A stretch of 64,000 bases of DNA from a phage, in assembly GCA_025611195.1 (NCBI GenBank), contig GCA_025611195.1_4718.1; one strand, 5' to 3'. Shown here one piece after another: positions 28,505-38,188 of the stretch. The notes under the pieces were generated by a model that saw only the letters and a program-made list of their open reading frames with translations, searched no databases and had not been told where the DNA came from. Position 1 is the stretch's first letter. Each line of letters starts with the position of its first letter. The position numbers and the translations under genes are program-made.

Positions 28505-29821
28505 TTAACCTTTGGTATAGGCTTTAACGAGAGTGTTGATAAATGAAGTCAGTGCGCGAAGATATTGGTAAGCGAATTGGTTTTCAATACGGTTCTCTTT
28601 ACCGCAAAGCAGAATCGCGCGCTTAACGAGTTTAGGGTAGATCTCGACGTACGGTTGGTAGCTCGCATCAAAATTCTGCTCGTTGAAGCGTTTCATGGTG
28701 ATTTCCTGGATGCGCTCCATGGTGCGAATTTTATTGCGAGAGAACATCTCAGAGAAAGCGTGTCCGCGTTTTGTTACCATCAACAGATCTTTCGCGAACG
28801 TCAGCTGTCGAACGCTACGCAAATCGTCAGGTGTTGGTAGGACGTACGTTTCCGGTTCACTATCCCATTCAACATCTTCAACGATAATATCCAAGTCGAG
28901 GTAACGTTTAACCGCATCGATGATGTTGTCTTTTGACGCATCGAATTCTTTCAAGAAGACTGCGCCGTTGATGTAGCGGATACGTTTTCCGGAAACCGTT
29001 GGGGTGATAACGTCAGCACCTTCCACAGAACCACGATTTTCCAGCGTTGATTTGACAGCGTGCAAGAAAGACAGATAATCAACGGGAAGTTTTTCGACCT
29101 TATCTAAATGGAAGTCGAAGATGTTTAATCCTAAACCATCAATAACTGAATAGCCGTCCGATTTAAGGAACATCTGATTGAAGGTATCGATGTTGCTTTT
29201 CAGTGTGTCTACACCACCAACTTTGTTACGGTTAGGGAAAAGTGCCCACCATTCAGGTTTAAACGCAACCTCTTTATTTTCCGTGTATTTGCCTTTGGGC
29301 ATTTGTTCGAGGTTCGCAACGGCTTTCTGAAAATTGCGTGTTTCGTCGTAAACAAGACGGGTGAGCTTCTCGAAGGCTGCTGCCAGAGTCAGGGCAATAT
29401 CAACGATGATATCCCAGATCTTTTTCATGGCTTTTACAACGGTGTCCTTAAACCCCTCAACAACCAAAGCTTCTCCAACCTCAACACGATCGGTTGGAGT
29501 CAGCAACGCTTCGGAGGGCAGACCCAGAGCAATCGATGCGGATTCTTGAACGTTACGAACTAATGCAACGTCACAGTAGTTAGCCGATTCGATAGTCGGA
29601 GCAACATCAAAACTGATTTCCCGCAGTGCAGCAACAGCAGGGAAAGCACGATCGAGTGCATCTTCATGTTCGTCGATTGTCGCCAAACGTAATTCAACAC
29701 CATCGGCATCGATGACTTCAGCGGTAGGCTCCACAGCAAGCGCTTCAGCAACAATAGGATCTTTTTCAAACGCCTCAAGGCTGATATCGCCTTGTGTCGT
29801 AAATAGTGGTATGTGTACCAT
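28505..29821 (-). CDS. hypothetical protein (~438 aa), member of paralog family
   Basis: start moved to ATG 29821 with GGAGA SD; paralogous to 27206-28495. Confidence 0.7.
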   Translation of the reverse strand: MVHIPLFTTQGDISLEAFEKDPIVAEALAVEPTAEVIDADGVELRLATIDEHEDALDRAFPAVAALREISFDVAPTIESANYCDVALVRNVQESASIALGLPSEALLTPTDRVEVGEALVVEGFKDTVVKAMKKIWDIIVDIALTLAAAFEKLTRLVYDETRNFQKAVANLEQMPKGKYTENKEVAFKPEWWALFPNRNKVGGVDTLKSNIDTFNQMFLKSDGYSVIDGLGLNIFDFHLDKVEKLPVDYLSFLHAVKSTLENRGSVEGADVITPTVSGKRIRYINGAVFLKEFDASKDNIIDAVKRYLDLDIIVEDVEWDSEPETYVLPTPDDLRSVRQLTFAKDLLMVTKRGHAFSEMFSRNKIRTMERIQEITMKRFNEQNFDASYQPYVEIYPKLVKRAILLCGKENRIENQFAYQYLRALTSFINTLVKAYTKG

Positions 29822-29869
29822 GTGTTGTCTCCAGTAATGATTCAAAAGATAAACCTGGACGGCATATAA

Positions 29870-29901
29870 CCCTCTCCCAACCCGTAAGGGAAGGGAGAGG
29901 G
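29870..29901 (-). terminator. palindromic hairpin element CCCTCTCCC-AACCC-GTAA-GGGAA-GGGAGAGGG
   Basis: inverted repeat after stop of highly expressed 441-aa gene. Confidence 0.55.
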
Positions 29902-29923
29902 AATATATCAGTCTATTAACTGA

Positions 29924-31249
29924 TTACTGCTGTGCTGCGTCAGCCGGTTTCTCAGCCGCCTGGCCGCCGTACTCTTTCAGCATTTTAGCAGCGCCGTCCA
30001 GGACAGCGTTACCTGCCTGAACACCGTATTTCATCAGACCAGTCTGCGGGTTCACGTAGCAGGAACGTGCGTCTTTCAGTGCAGACAGTACAGCTTGAAC
30101 ACGCTGTTTTTCCTGAGCGGAAACTTCGCCTTTCTTAGACAGATCAGCTTCCATATCGTCACCGAATTTAACAGCGTCTTTGAAGCCCTGGGATTTCTTA
30201 CCGATGTTGCCTTTCAGCGCCAGCAGTTTGTCAGCCAGTACTTCAACACCGCTAACCGCAGCGGCCAGCTGATTCAGGGACAGGACGGTAGCTTCAACTT
30301 CTTTTGCTTCACCGGAGCGTTCCCAGGTTACTTTACCGTCGTTGGTTTTGAAACCCCAACCTGCCGGGCCAGCAACATCTGCGATTGCCGGTGCGTTCAG
30401 TTTATCAGCGTACTCGGTGTGAGATTTAGCAACAACGGTGTTGACGAATTTATCAGCACGGTCGTCAGCAGCCTTCATTGCTTTCTCGAAGGTGTCAGCG
30501 ATTTTGGTCGCACCGGTAACCAGATCGTCGCCACCGATGTAACCTGAAATGCCGCTACCCAGGGTAACTTTGGCATTTTTAGCAGCGCCTTTACGTTTGG
30601 CAATCATTTCTTTCAGTTTAGCAGCGCGTGCTTTCAGTTTGGTTGCGCCGTCGAAGATACGATCCATGAACTTCACGAAGGTTTCCCAGGAAGTTTTCAG
30701 GAAGTTCTTGATGGTTGCCCACAGTTTCTGCCACCATTTTTGTTCTTCCAGGAAGATCATGTTGGTTGCGTCGTAACGGGAAGCGGAACCACCGAAGCTT
30801 TCGAAGGACGGCATGGTTTCCGGCAGTTTGAAACCGATAGTACCACACAGGCGTTTCAGGTTACGCATGTGTTCCTGAGCGGTTTGTGCAGACATACCAC
30901 CGTCTTTTAGGTAGCTTTCGGTTGCAACAACGGTTTCCGTCAGTTCGTCCATGGCTTCGTCCATGGCTTCTGCGGTTTCGTCGTCTTTTGCAATTTCGAT
31001 AACAACAGCATCAACCTGCTCGATATCGCCACGAACTTCGATAGCCAGTTCGGTTTCAGCTGCGGTATCTTCAGCGATTTCAGCGCGTTCGGTCAGTTCA
31101 GCTACAACGGTTTCATCTGCTGCTGCTGCGGCATCAGCTGCCGGTTCTGCTTCAACGGTTGCCGCTGCATCTGGATCGATCTCAGCAGCCAGTTGAACCA
31201 GCTGTGCGTTAGATGGATTTGCGACAAGACGATCAAAAATAGAAGGCAT
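29924..31249 (-). CDS. abundant hypothetical protein (441 aa), likely virion/head-associated; distant member of paralog family
   Basis: very strong codon bias like the 740-aa gene; Ala/Glu/Asp/Lys-rich; ATESYLK motif. Confidence 0.75.
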   Translation of the reverse strand: MPSIFDRLVANPSNAQLVQLAAEIDPDAAATVEAEPAADAAAAADETVVAELTERAEIAEDTAAETELAIEVRGDIEQVDAVVIEIAKDDETAEAMDEAMDELTETVVATESYLKDGGMSAQTAQEHMRNLKRLCGTIGFKLPETMPSFESFGGSASRYDATNMIFLEEQKWWQKLWATIKNFLKTSWETFVKFMDRIFDGATKLKARAAKLKEMIAKRKGAAKNAKVTLGSGISGYIGGDDLVTGATKIADTFEKAMKAADDRADKFVNTVVAKSHTEYADKLNAPAIADVAGPAGWGFKTNDGKVTWERSGEAKEVEATVLSLNQLAAAVSGVEVLADKLLALKGNIGKKSQGFKDAVKFGDDMEADLSKKGEVSAQEKQRVQAVLSALKDARSCYVNPQTGLMKYGVQAGNAVLDGAAKMLKEYGGQAAEKPADAAQQ

Positions 31250-31274
31250 AATTTGTTTCCTTTACAATAAATTG

Positions 31275-31290
31275 CACATTAGCTAATGTG
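31275..31290. promoter_or_regulatory. perfect 16-bp palindrome CACATTAGCTAATGTG upstream of the 441-aa gene
   Basis: exact palindrome read directly, ~25 nt upstream of start codon region. Confidence 0.35.
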
Positions 31291-31292
31291 GC

Positions 31293-31317
31293 TTAAGTGG
31301 ACCGTTAGCCCACTTAA
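31293..31317 (-). terminator. stem-loop TTAAGTGG-loop-CCACTTAA overlapping stop codon of 31314-31844
   Basis: 8-bp perfect inverted repeat. Confidence 0.4.
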
Positions 31318-31844
31318 AAGCCCTTAAAACCCGGTGCCATAGGTTGCCCAAACACCGCATTCAAAGTACATATGATGTCCTGGATGCCATTGTCCCAATG
31401 GAGCCAAGTACGCACCATCTCTTCGTCTGACAACGTGATATAACTCATAAGTTTACCGCTGCTTTCCAGACGTTGGTGTGAACTTAGCGACTGACGATCT
31501 GACCAGTTATCAATCAATTGACCGGCAATCTGAACGTTCGTGTCTCGTCTACCCGTGTGAATGAACCGCAGTGTATCACGGATAAACTCCAGACTGGTGA
31601 AATTCAGATTTGGGTTATGGCTGTTCATTTCCACCCAATCGGTGATGGGGTACATCAAACGATAAAGGGTAGAAAGAACCTGACGTTCATATTTCCAGTC
31701 GTCGAGAGGGGTACCGTCGACCAAACGCTGATACAAACTAACAACGTCACGATCGTAGTTCTCCTGGCGTTTTACACCGTTAACCGGAAATCCAAAGAAC
31801 CCGGTACCGTATAACGTTAAAGGGACGTCACGAAGTGCACTCAT
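31314..31844 (-). CDS. hypothetical protein (~176 aa)
   Basis: start ATG at 31844 overlaps stop of upstream gene in ATGA arrangement (translational coupling). Confidence 0.6.
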   Translation of the reverse strand: MSALRDVPLTLYGTGFFGFPVNGVKRQENYDRDVVSLYQRLVDGTPLDDWKYERQVLSTLYRLMYPITDWVEMNSHNPNLNFTSLEFIRDTLRFIHTGRRDTNVQIAGQLIDNWSDRQSLSSHQRLESSGKLMSYITLSDEEMVRTWLHWDNGIQDIICTLNAVFGQPMAPGFKGF

Positions 31845-32743
31845 ACAGCCGCCTCTTCTTTTCGTTTGATGTCGTAACGAAGTTTCTTCAGTCGCTCTTC
31901 GTGATATTCGATCTGCTGCTGGATTTTTGGATCGTTGCCCGCATTCTGTTGCTTTTGCTTCAGTGACAAAATCCAATACTCCAGTGCTTGGGCTTCTTCT
32001 TTGGCCGCTTGCAATGATGCTTCTTCACGTTCGCTGCGCCAGATACGGAAACGGTAAACGAGCGTGTCGGTTACATCACCGTTAGCCCACGAACCCATAC
32101 GCATCGGGTCAGTATTACCCGCGTTGTACAACCCATTACCAACACCGTCTTCATCAGAAACCACGACATCCGGGATTTTATCCAACCCAGCAAGGATCTG
32201 TTGTTTCTGTCCACACAGCACTTCGGTGGCAATGGCGAAACCGTACATATTGGCGGTCAGGTAAGCAATCTCGTTTTTGGTGAAGAACTCACCAAGTGCT
32301 TTATCACCACCTGGCATGCTTTCGCAGATGACCGTCGCACGAAGCAGTGTACGAGCGTAGCTAACGTAGAAGCCCAAGGACTCAACAAGACGTACCAGAG
32401 CGGCTTCTTTGAAACTTAGACCGTCGGCAGCAACATCGATTTCCAGGTTTTTGTTAACACGTTTAACAATTTCTGGAATCAGGTCAACAGCATTACGTAA
32501 CGCTAAGTGAACGTTTTCTACCCAGCTTCCAGATCGAACGCGGGTTAAACGCTGGTGCAGATCCTTGTCAGCGAGTTTCCATAATGCGCTTTCTCCCTTT
32601 TGGAGAAGCGAAGCGGATGTCTCGTAGTAAGGAATCGCGGTGTTGTTGATTTCGTCACGGATTGATTCAAGTGCGTCAGCAACACCGGTGCGTTTAAAAA
32701 GCGGCTTCAAACCGCGAATGAATTCTTTAAAATCGATTGCCAT
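31841..32743 (-). CDS. hypothetical protein (300 aa)
   Basis: ORF. Confidence 0.65.
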   Translation of the reverse strand: MAIDFKEFIRGLKPLFKRTGVADALESIRDEINNTAIPYYETSASLLQKGESALWKLADKDLHQRLTRVRSGSWVENVHLALRNAVDLIPEIVKRVNKNLEIDVAADGLSFKEAALVRLVESLGFYVSYARTLLRATVICESMPGGDKALGEFFTKNEIAYLTANMYGFAIATEVLCGQKQQILAGLDKIPDVVVSDEDGVGNGLYNAGNTDPMRMGSWANGDVTDTLVYRFRIWRSEREEASLQAAKEEAQALEYWILSLKQKQQNAGNDPKIQQQIEYHEERLKKLRYDIKRKEEAAV

Positions 32744-32782
32744 GAGTGAGCACCTATGCTATTTCGAAACAGGTTACGTGTA

Positions 32783-33889
32783 TTAACGAATCTGTGGGAC
32801 GTTTCCGGTACGGAGCGCCTGGAGGATCGTCAGAAGATCGGAACCCGAGGTTGACGAACTGTTGGATTTTTCCAGCTGCTTGAAGCTTACGGTGGTCCCT
32901 TGATCCAAGCTGTGGAAATAGAAGGTCACCATCTCTTCAGCTTCGTCGATGATGATCAACTGCATTGCAAGGGCTTCAGCCATGACTTTCTGACGTGTGT
33001 TATAGTCAGATAAACGACGTCCGATCTTACGCTCGATGGCTTCCTGGTTAGCCTTAGAGATGATATAGGTGGAGGCGATTGCTCCAGAAGAAGGGATCTT
33101 TGTGCTCGCTGCTGCTTTTGCGGCATTGATGCGCGCAGCATTAACAGCCTTGCGGATACCCTCTTTATCCATGCGTGAGATTCGTTTATGTTCACGAACC
33201 AGATCGCTAAGCAGGATCATATCGCTCCAGAAAGATAGCTCACCGGCCATCATGCGATGCCAACGTGCTCGCCAGGTGTTCTGTGGACCGCCAATCGCTA
33301 AAATCGCTGCAAGCACTTCCGCTGGCGAACTCGCGATACGCATGCTGATGTTCAACGGCATTTTCATCGTTGCCTGACCATCGGTCAGCGTTACGGTTAA
33401 GAACTTGCCGGTAACCGCGTTCGCATCTTTGTTCAGCAATTCGATCGCAGCGTCGCTGGCTCCAACATCGGCGATGTTTTTTTGTTTCCCCTGCAGGTTG
33501 AATCCTTTGTCATCAAGGAAAACAAGGCTTTTGCTATCCGCACTTTCCAGTGCTAATTTAACAGCCTTATCCATCAGGTTAGCGTTACGGTTTGGGTTCA
33601 CACGACCCAGCGTTTTATCGACACTGATATTACCCACCTGCATGATGGTGTTCAACGCCAGTAAATAGAACCCGGTATACATGTTTTCAGCGGTGCGCAT
33701 GCAGTTGCCTAACGCATTGCGTGCGTCGCTATAATACAACTCACGTTCAAAAATCAACGGCGCGATAACGCGTGAAGGTTGTGAGAGTTCAACCAGCGAA
33801 CCTGGCTGGATAAGTTTATTAACTTCGTAGACTTTAGCGATACCGGACGCAACAACGTTAACAGCGTCGGCAATTTCTGATGCTACCAT
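32783..33889 (-). CDS. hypothetical protein (368 aa)
   Basis: ORF. Confidence 0.65.
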   Translation of the reverse strand: MVASEIADAVNVVASGIAKVYEVNKLIQPGSLVELSQPSRVIAPLIFERELYYSDARNALGNCMRTAENMYTGFYLLALNTIMQVGNISVDKTLGRVNPNRNANLMDKAVKLALESADSKSLVFLDDKGFNLQGKQKNIADVGASDAAIELLNKDANAVTGKFLTVTLTDGQATMKMPLNISMRIASSPAEVLAAILAIGGPQNTWRARWHRMMAGELSFWSDMILLSDLVREHKRISRMDKEGIRKAVNAARINAAKAAASTKIPSSGAIASTYIISKANQEAIERKIGRRLSDYNTRQKVMAEALAMQLIIIDEAEEMVTFYFHSLDQGTTVSFKQLEKSNSSSTSGSDLLTILQALRTGNVPQIR

Positions 33890-33923
33890 ATTGAAATCCT
33901 TATTTACAAATAAAGGAAAGAAA

Positions 33924-35129
33924 ATGTCTAATTACTACGACCAAGCTATTCAAACCATTCAGGAGAATAATGCGTCGTTAACACCCGAAGCTGTGGAGGC
34001 AGCGGGCAATGCGGTGTTATTCACTGATTCGGATTGGGCAATAGCGCGGAAGAATATTCGTACCAGTGTCGGTCAAGGGACATACGAGGACAGTATCGCC
34101 AGACGGTATCGGAATGTGTCACCTATTCCAGGTAACAGCCCGATTCCGATTAACCGCGATCATGCCGGTATTACCTTCTTCACACGACCTAATTTACATC
34201 TTACCGACGCGAACTTAAAACGAGATCGACGTTTGTGGTCGTTACGCACGGATAACCCTAACAGTATTCAGGCTGTTGTCCGCGACTACTTGGACCCTGT
34301 GGGTGCCAGAAAGCGGAACCATCGAGGACGTGCCATCGTCGATGAGCGCAATCCATTCATAAGTATACTGACGGACAACCTAACGGATATCAGTGGCTTC
34401 AACGACATGGAAATGCAGGTTTACCAGGGTAAACCGGGATTACGTCAAGAAACCGTTGTGATGGCTGACGGTTCAGTGGATATGTTCCAGCCCTATAACC
34501 TGAACGCGACGTTCAAGAACATCATGGGTAACCCCATCATGTTCCTTCATTATATTTGGTTGATTTACATCGCAGGCGTGCATAATGGCGAACTGACGCC
34601 AAGCCCTCAGGCCATCATTGATAATGAAATGGATTACTGGACAAGATGCTATCGTATCATCTTGGATCCGACTGGGATGTATGTTCGTTATATCTTCGCA
34701 CCGACCGCGATGTTTCCTGTCGGGTTACCGATCGGTAATATGGCTAACTACAGCGTCGATAAACCCTTCACGCAAGATAACGAACGTATCACTATCCCAT
34801 ACCAAGCGGTTGGTAACAACGCATTCGATGAAATTCTGAAGGATGAATTCAATCGCCTTGTTCTGATGTTCTATTACGGTGAGAACGATACCCGTACGTT
34901 CCTTGAAGATGAGGAGTTGGTACCTATCTCACCCTACGAGCGTCGAATCATGTCGTATCGTGTCGATATGTATCCATTTATTCATCCGTTGACCTCAGAG
35001 CTTCTTTGGTTCGTACCCGCTGATGCTTACAACGAATTCTATCTGGATCTTGAGCCATCGGCGTTACCACCGGATACGTTCAGTCGCGATCTTGTCCGTA
35101 CCACCATTCCGCAAAATTACGAGGGATAA
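33924..35129 (+). CDS. hypothetical protein (~401 aa)
   Basis: ATG at 33924 preceded by AAAGGAAAG; immediately followed by 997-aa gene. Confidence 0.65.
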   Translation: MSNYYDQAIQTIQENNASLTPEAVEAAGNAVLFTDSDWAIARKNIRTSVGQGTYEDSIARRYRNVSPIPGNSPIPINRDHAGITFFTRPNLHLTDANLKRDRRLWSLRTDNPNSIQAVVRDYLDPVGARKRNHRGRAIVDERNPFISILTDNLTDISGFNDMEMQVYQGKPGLRQETVVMADGSVDMFQPYNLNATFKNIMGNPIMFLHYIWLIYIAGVHNGELTPSPQAIIDNEMDYWTRCYRIILDPTGMYVRYIFAPTAMFPVGLPIGNMANYSVDKPFTQDNERITIPYQAVGNNAFDEILKDEFNRLVLMFYYGENDTRTFLEDEELVPISPYERRIMSYRVDMYPFIHPLTSELLWFVPADAYNEFYLDLEPSALPPDTFSRDLVRTTIPQNYEG

Positions 35130-35132
35130 TAA

Positions 35133-38126
35133 ATGAGCGTAACCAACAAAGATCTTGCTGAACAGCTCAATCGCTATATGCTTTCACCTATTGAGATGCA
35201 GGCTGTTGCAAGCGATATGATCCGTTTGGCTTCTGATGGTGAATTAACCCTGGTTGACCCCAGCTGTCCGTTTGTTTATCTGCTGGAGGTTGCAACGGCG
35301 ACGGCTGCGAACCAGAACGCACGGGATGAGTCCCGTGTTCGCGAACTGTATCCAAAACTTGCAACGAACTGGAATCAGCTCTATCGTTGGATGTATGATG
35401 AGTCGTACGTCGGACGTTTCGCAATGCCGGGTAAAACGGAAATCATTTATTCGTTAGGGTATCAGGAAATCCTCGATCGCGCTGTAGAAATTCCAAACAC
35501 CGCTTCCTCCGATGATTTAAGCCGTTCTTACAGCCGTAAGTTAGTGATACCACGTACGACGGCGTTTACGGTAGCCGGAATGGATTTCGGGTTGCATTAT
35601 CCCATCGAAATCCAAGTGCAGGCGCACGACCAGATACGCGTTGTTTATAACACGGATAACATCAGCCCGTTGCAAACCTTGGAGAGTAACCAAGTTGAGT
35701 ATGGGGTTGTTCGTGTAAAAGCGGGCAAAGTGTTGGTGATGCGTATCCCGCTGTTCCAGTTTAAAACGCTGGTAAAAGATGTGCCGTTTAACAGCGTTCA
35801 CGGGATGAACAGCAGCATTACCTTCGAAGATCAGTTTTACCATTGTCGTGCGTACATGTCGTCGGATAACGATACCTGGACGGAGATAGCGACAACCCAC
35901 AGTCAACAGATCTACGATCCGTTAACACCGACCATCGCGTTACAAGTAGAAGGGAACAAACTTAACTGGCGTGTTCCTGAAATTTATTTGTCTCAAGGTA
36001 CGATGGATAAAAGCACCATTCGACTTGAGGTGTTGACGACGAAAGGGAAAATCAGCGTCGACCCGTCTGATTACGACGTGACCGATTGGAAAGATAACTA
36101 CATCGATTTGTCACCAAAAGCCGAACAGAAATACAGTGCGCCGCTAAGTGCGTTCAACATTAAAGGGATTTATAGTGAAGGGGCGTTGTCGGGCGGACGA
36201 TCCGCATTAACGTTCGAGGAGCAACGTGAACGCGTTATGGCAGGCGTGAACAAAACCAAGGTACCGATCACGGGAACACAGGTAGAGCTGGTGCTTCAAG
36301 ATGCGGGTTATGGGATGGTAACCACTATCGACAACGTAACAAATCGTTCGTTCCTGGCAACCCGAGATTTACCGCAATTGAGCGACAGCGTGCCGCAGGC
36401 CGGTTCGTTGATGGGGTCTTTCTATACGTCAGCCGCAGCATTGGTGAAAAGTAAGTTTGTCGCCGATAACGGCGATCGTATCACGATTAAACCTGACTGC
36501 CTGTATCGTGACAGTAACGGAAGTATCGCGCTGTTGTCAGACGATGAAATTGATCGTATTAATGCAGGCGACTCCGATGCGAAGTTGAACGCAGTAAACA
36601 ACGCCATGTTGTTTTACAGCCCGTTTCATTACGTGTTGGATGCGACAAGCGATTTCGACATTCATGCTTATTACCTGGATGCTCCTAAGATCGGCACACA
36701 AGCATTCCTCGACGCGAACGAGACAATCCCGTTAACCGCTATGGTGACCGGATACCGTCTGGACCGTATCGCTGAAGGATATCGTCTAAGCCTCATCGTC
36801 GAAGGTAACGACGCATGGAAAGCGCTCGACGATAAAAACGTGCATGTGCAACTGGGATTCAATCCGCGGGGTGAGGGTGATTACGCAACGATGTTAGCAT
36901 CGCCTACAACCGATGATGAAGGTCGTCGTTTGTTCACCTTCGATATCACCACGAATTATGATTTTACACGAATCCTGGCTGATGATTCCACAGCGTATGA
37001 ACCGTATATCGCACTGACGTCCTTCTCGATGTATGAATCCACACCACGCGATTACTGGGCGTCATTACAACAGTACCTGGAAATCTTCCATGTGGTGACG
37101 GATTACGCGCCGGAAGATGTCGACGGTATTTTACACAGCGCTTCCGATAATTACCTGGTTAAGAAACTTACGCTTCAAAATGGGTATTGTTTCTACCGTG
37201 AACGTCTCACCGCAACCTTTGGTTATGATCTGGATGGTCTTTGGATGCGCTCTCGTACGGTAGCCTCGGAGATTACGTATAAACGTTACACCGAGAACAT
37301 TCCGTGGGTGTATGAAGAAGATATTCCAGCGACGGATGAGACCGGTTCGGTTATCATTGAGCAAGGTGAAGACGGTACGTTGTCGGTTAAATACCTGCAT
37401 CGTAAAGGTGACCCGAAATTAAACAGTGATGGAAGCCAAGCCTATCGTTATCTGAAAGGCGACATCATGAAAGATAATTACGGTAATCCGATTCCTGTCG
37501 ATGAACGTGAAGTTCTGCGTAACCTGGACATGTTCTTTATCGATGCGTCGTATCTGCTAGCGAACGATACTGACGTGATTGACTATCGTAATGCGATTCC
37601 TACGCAGCTTATCGAGTGGATCAAGAACGATATCATCACGTTCAGGAATTTCTGTTATGAGGAAACGGAAATTTCACTGTATCCTAAACAATCGTTGGGG
37701 TATGTGGACGTTATTGTGGAGAACGGATTGGAAACGACGCTTCCTGCTGCCCTATCGTTTAACGTAACGCTGTACTTACCGGCTAAGCAATACGCGGATT
37801 TGGATCTACGTCAAGTCCTTCAAGCGATGGTATCGAAAGTCATCAATAAATGCTTAACATCCCGTACAGTGGCTAAAGCAGAAATGATCGCGATGATTCG
37901 TGAGGAAGGTGGCGACGACATCCTTAACGTTGAAATCGATGATTTTGGACCAGGTAAGAACCTCAGTGTTTATACCGCGAAGAACGACGGTGTTCGTTGT
38001 GCGGTGAAGAAAGAGCTTTATGTGAAAGCGGATGGTATCTTGTCCGTACGTGAAGCGATCGATGTAAGTTTTGTGAAACATGCACAAAGCAACAGTTCGG
38101 CATTAGCGCAAGGCCTTCGTGTCTAA
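35133..38126 (+). CDS. large hypothetical protein (997 aa), probable virion component
   Basis: long ORF, hairpin after stop. Confidence 0.75.
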   Translation: MSVTNKDLAEQLNRYMLSPIEMQAVASDMIRLASDGELTLVDPSCPFVYLLEVATATAANQNARDESRVRELYPKLATNWNQLYRWMYDESYVGRFAMPGKTEIIYSLGYQEILDRAVEIPNTASSDDLSRSYSRKLVIPRTTAFTVAGMDFGLHYPIEIQVQAHDQIRVVYNTDNISPLQTLESNQVEYGVVRVKAGKVLVMRIPLFQFKTLVKDVPFNSVHGMNSSITFEDQFYHCRAYMSSDNDTWTEIATTHSQQIYDPLTPTIALQVEGNKLNWRVPEIYLSQGTMDKSTIRLEVLTTKGKISVDPSDYDVTDWKDNYIDLSPKAEQKYSAPLSAFNIKGIYSEGALSGGRSALTFEEQRERVMAGVNKTKVPITGTQVELVLQDAGYGMVTTIDNVTNRSFLATRDLPQLSDSVPQAGSLMGSFYTSAAALVKSKFVADNGDRITIKPDCLYRDSNGSIALLSDDEIDRINAGDSDAKLNAVNNAMLFYSPFHYVLDATSDFDIHAYYLDAPKIGTQAFLDANETIPLTAMVTGYRLDRIAEGYRLSLIVEGNDAWKALDDKNVHVQLGFNPRGEGDYATMLASPTTDDEGRRLFTFDITTNYDFTRILADDSTAYEPYIALTSFSMYESTPRDYWASLQQYLEIFHVVTDYAPEDVDGILHSASDNYLVKKLTLQNGYCFYRERLTATFGYDLDGLWMRSRTVASEITYKRYTENIPWVYEEDIPATDETGSVIIEQGEDGTLSVKYLHRKGDPKLNSDGSQAYRYLKGDIMKDNYGNPIPVDEREVLRNLDMFFIDASYLLANDTDVIDYRNAIPTQLIEWIKNDIITFRNFCYEETEISLYPKQSLGYVDVIVENGLETTLPAALSFNVTLYLPAKQYADLDLRQVLQAMVSKVINKCLTSRTVAKAEMIAMIREEGGDDILNVEIDDFGPGKNLSVYTAKNDGVRCAVKKELYVKADGILSVREAIDVSFVKHAQSNSSALAQGLRV

Positions 38127-38147
38127 AACAAAATAGCATGAGCATAA

Positions 38148-38179
38148 CCCTCCTCCAACCCAACAGGGAAGGAGGAGGG
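38148..38179. terminator. palindromic hairpin element CCCTCCTCC-AACCC-AACA-GGGAA-GGAGGAGGG between convergent genes
   Basis: identical to copy at 60307-60338. Confidence 0.6.
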
Positions 38180-38188
38180 AATATGTTG

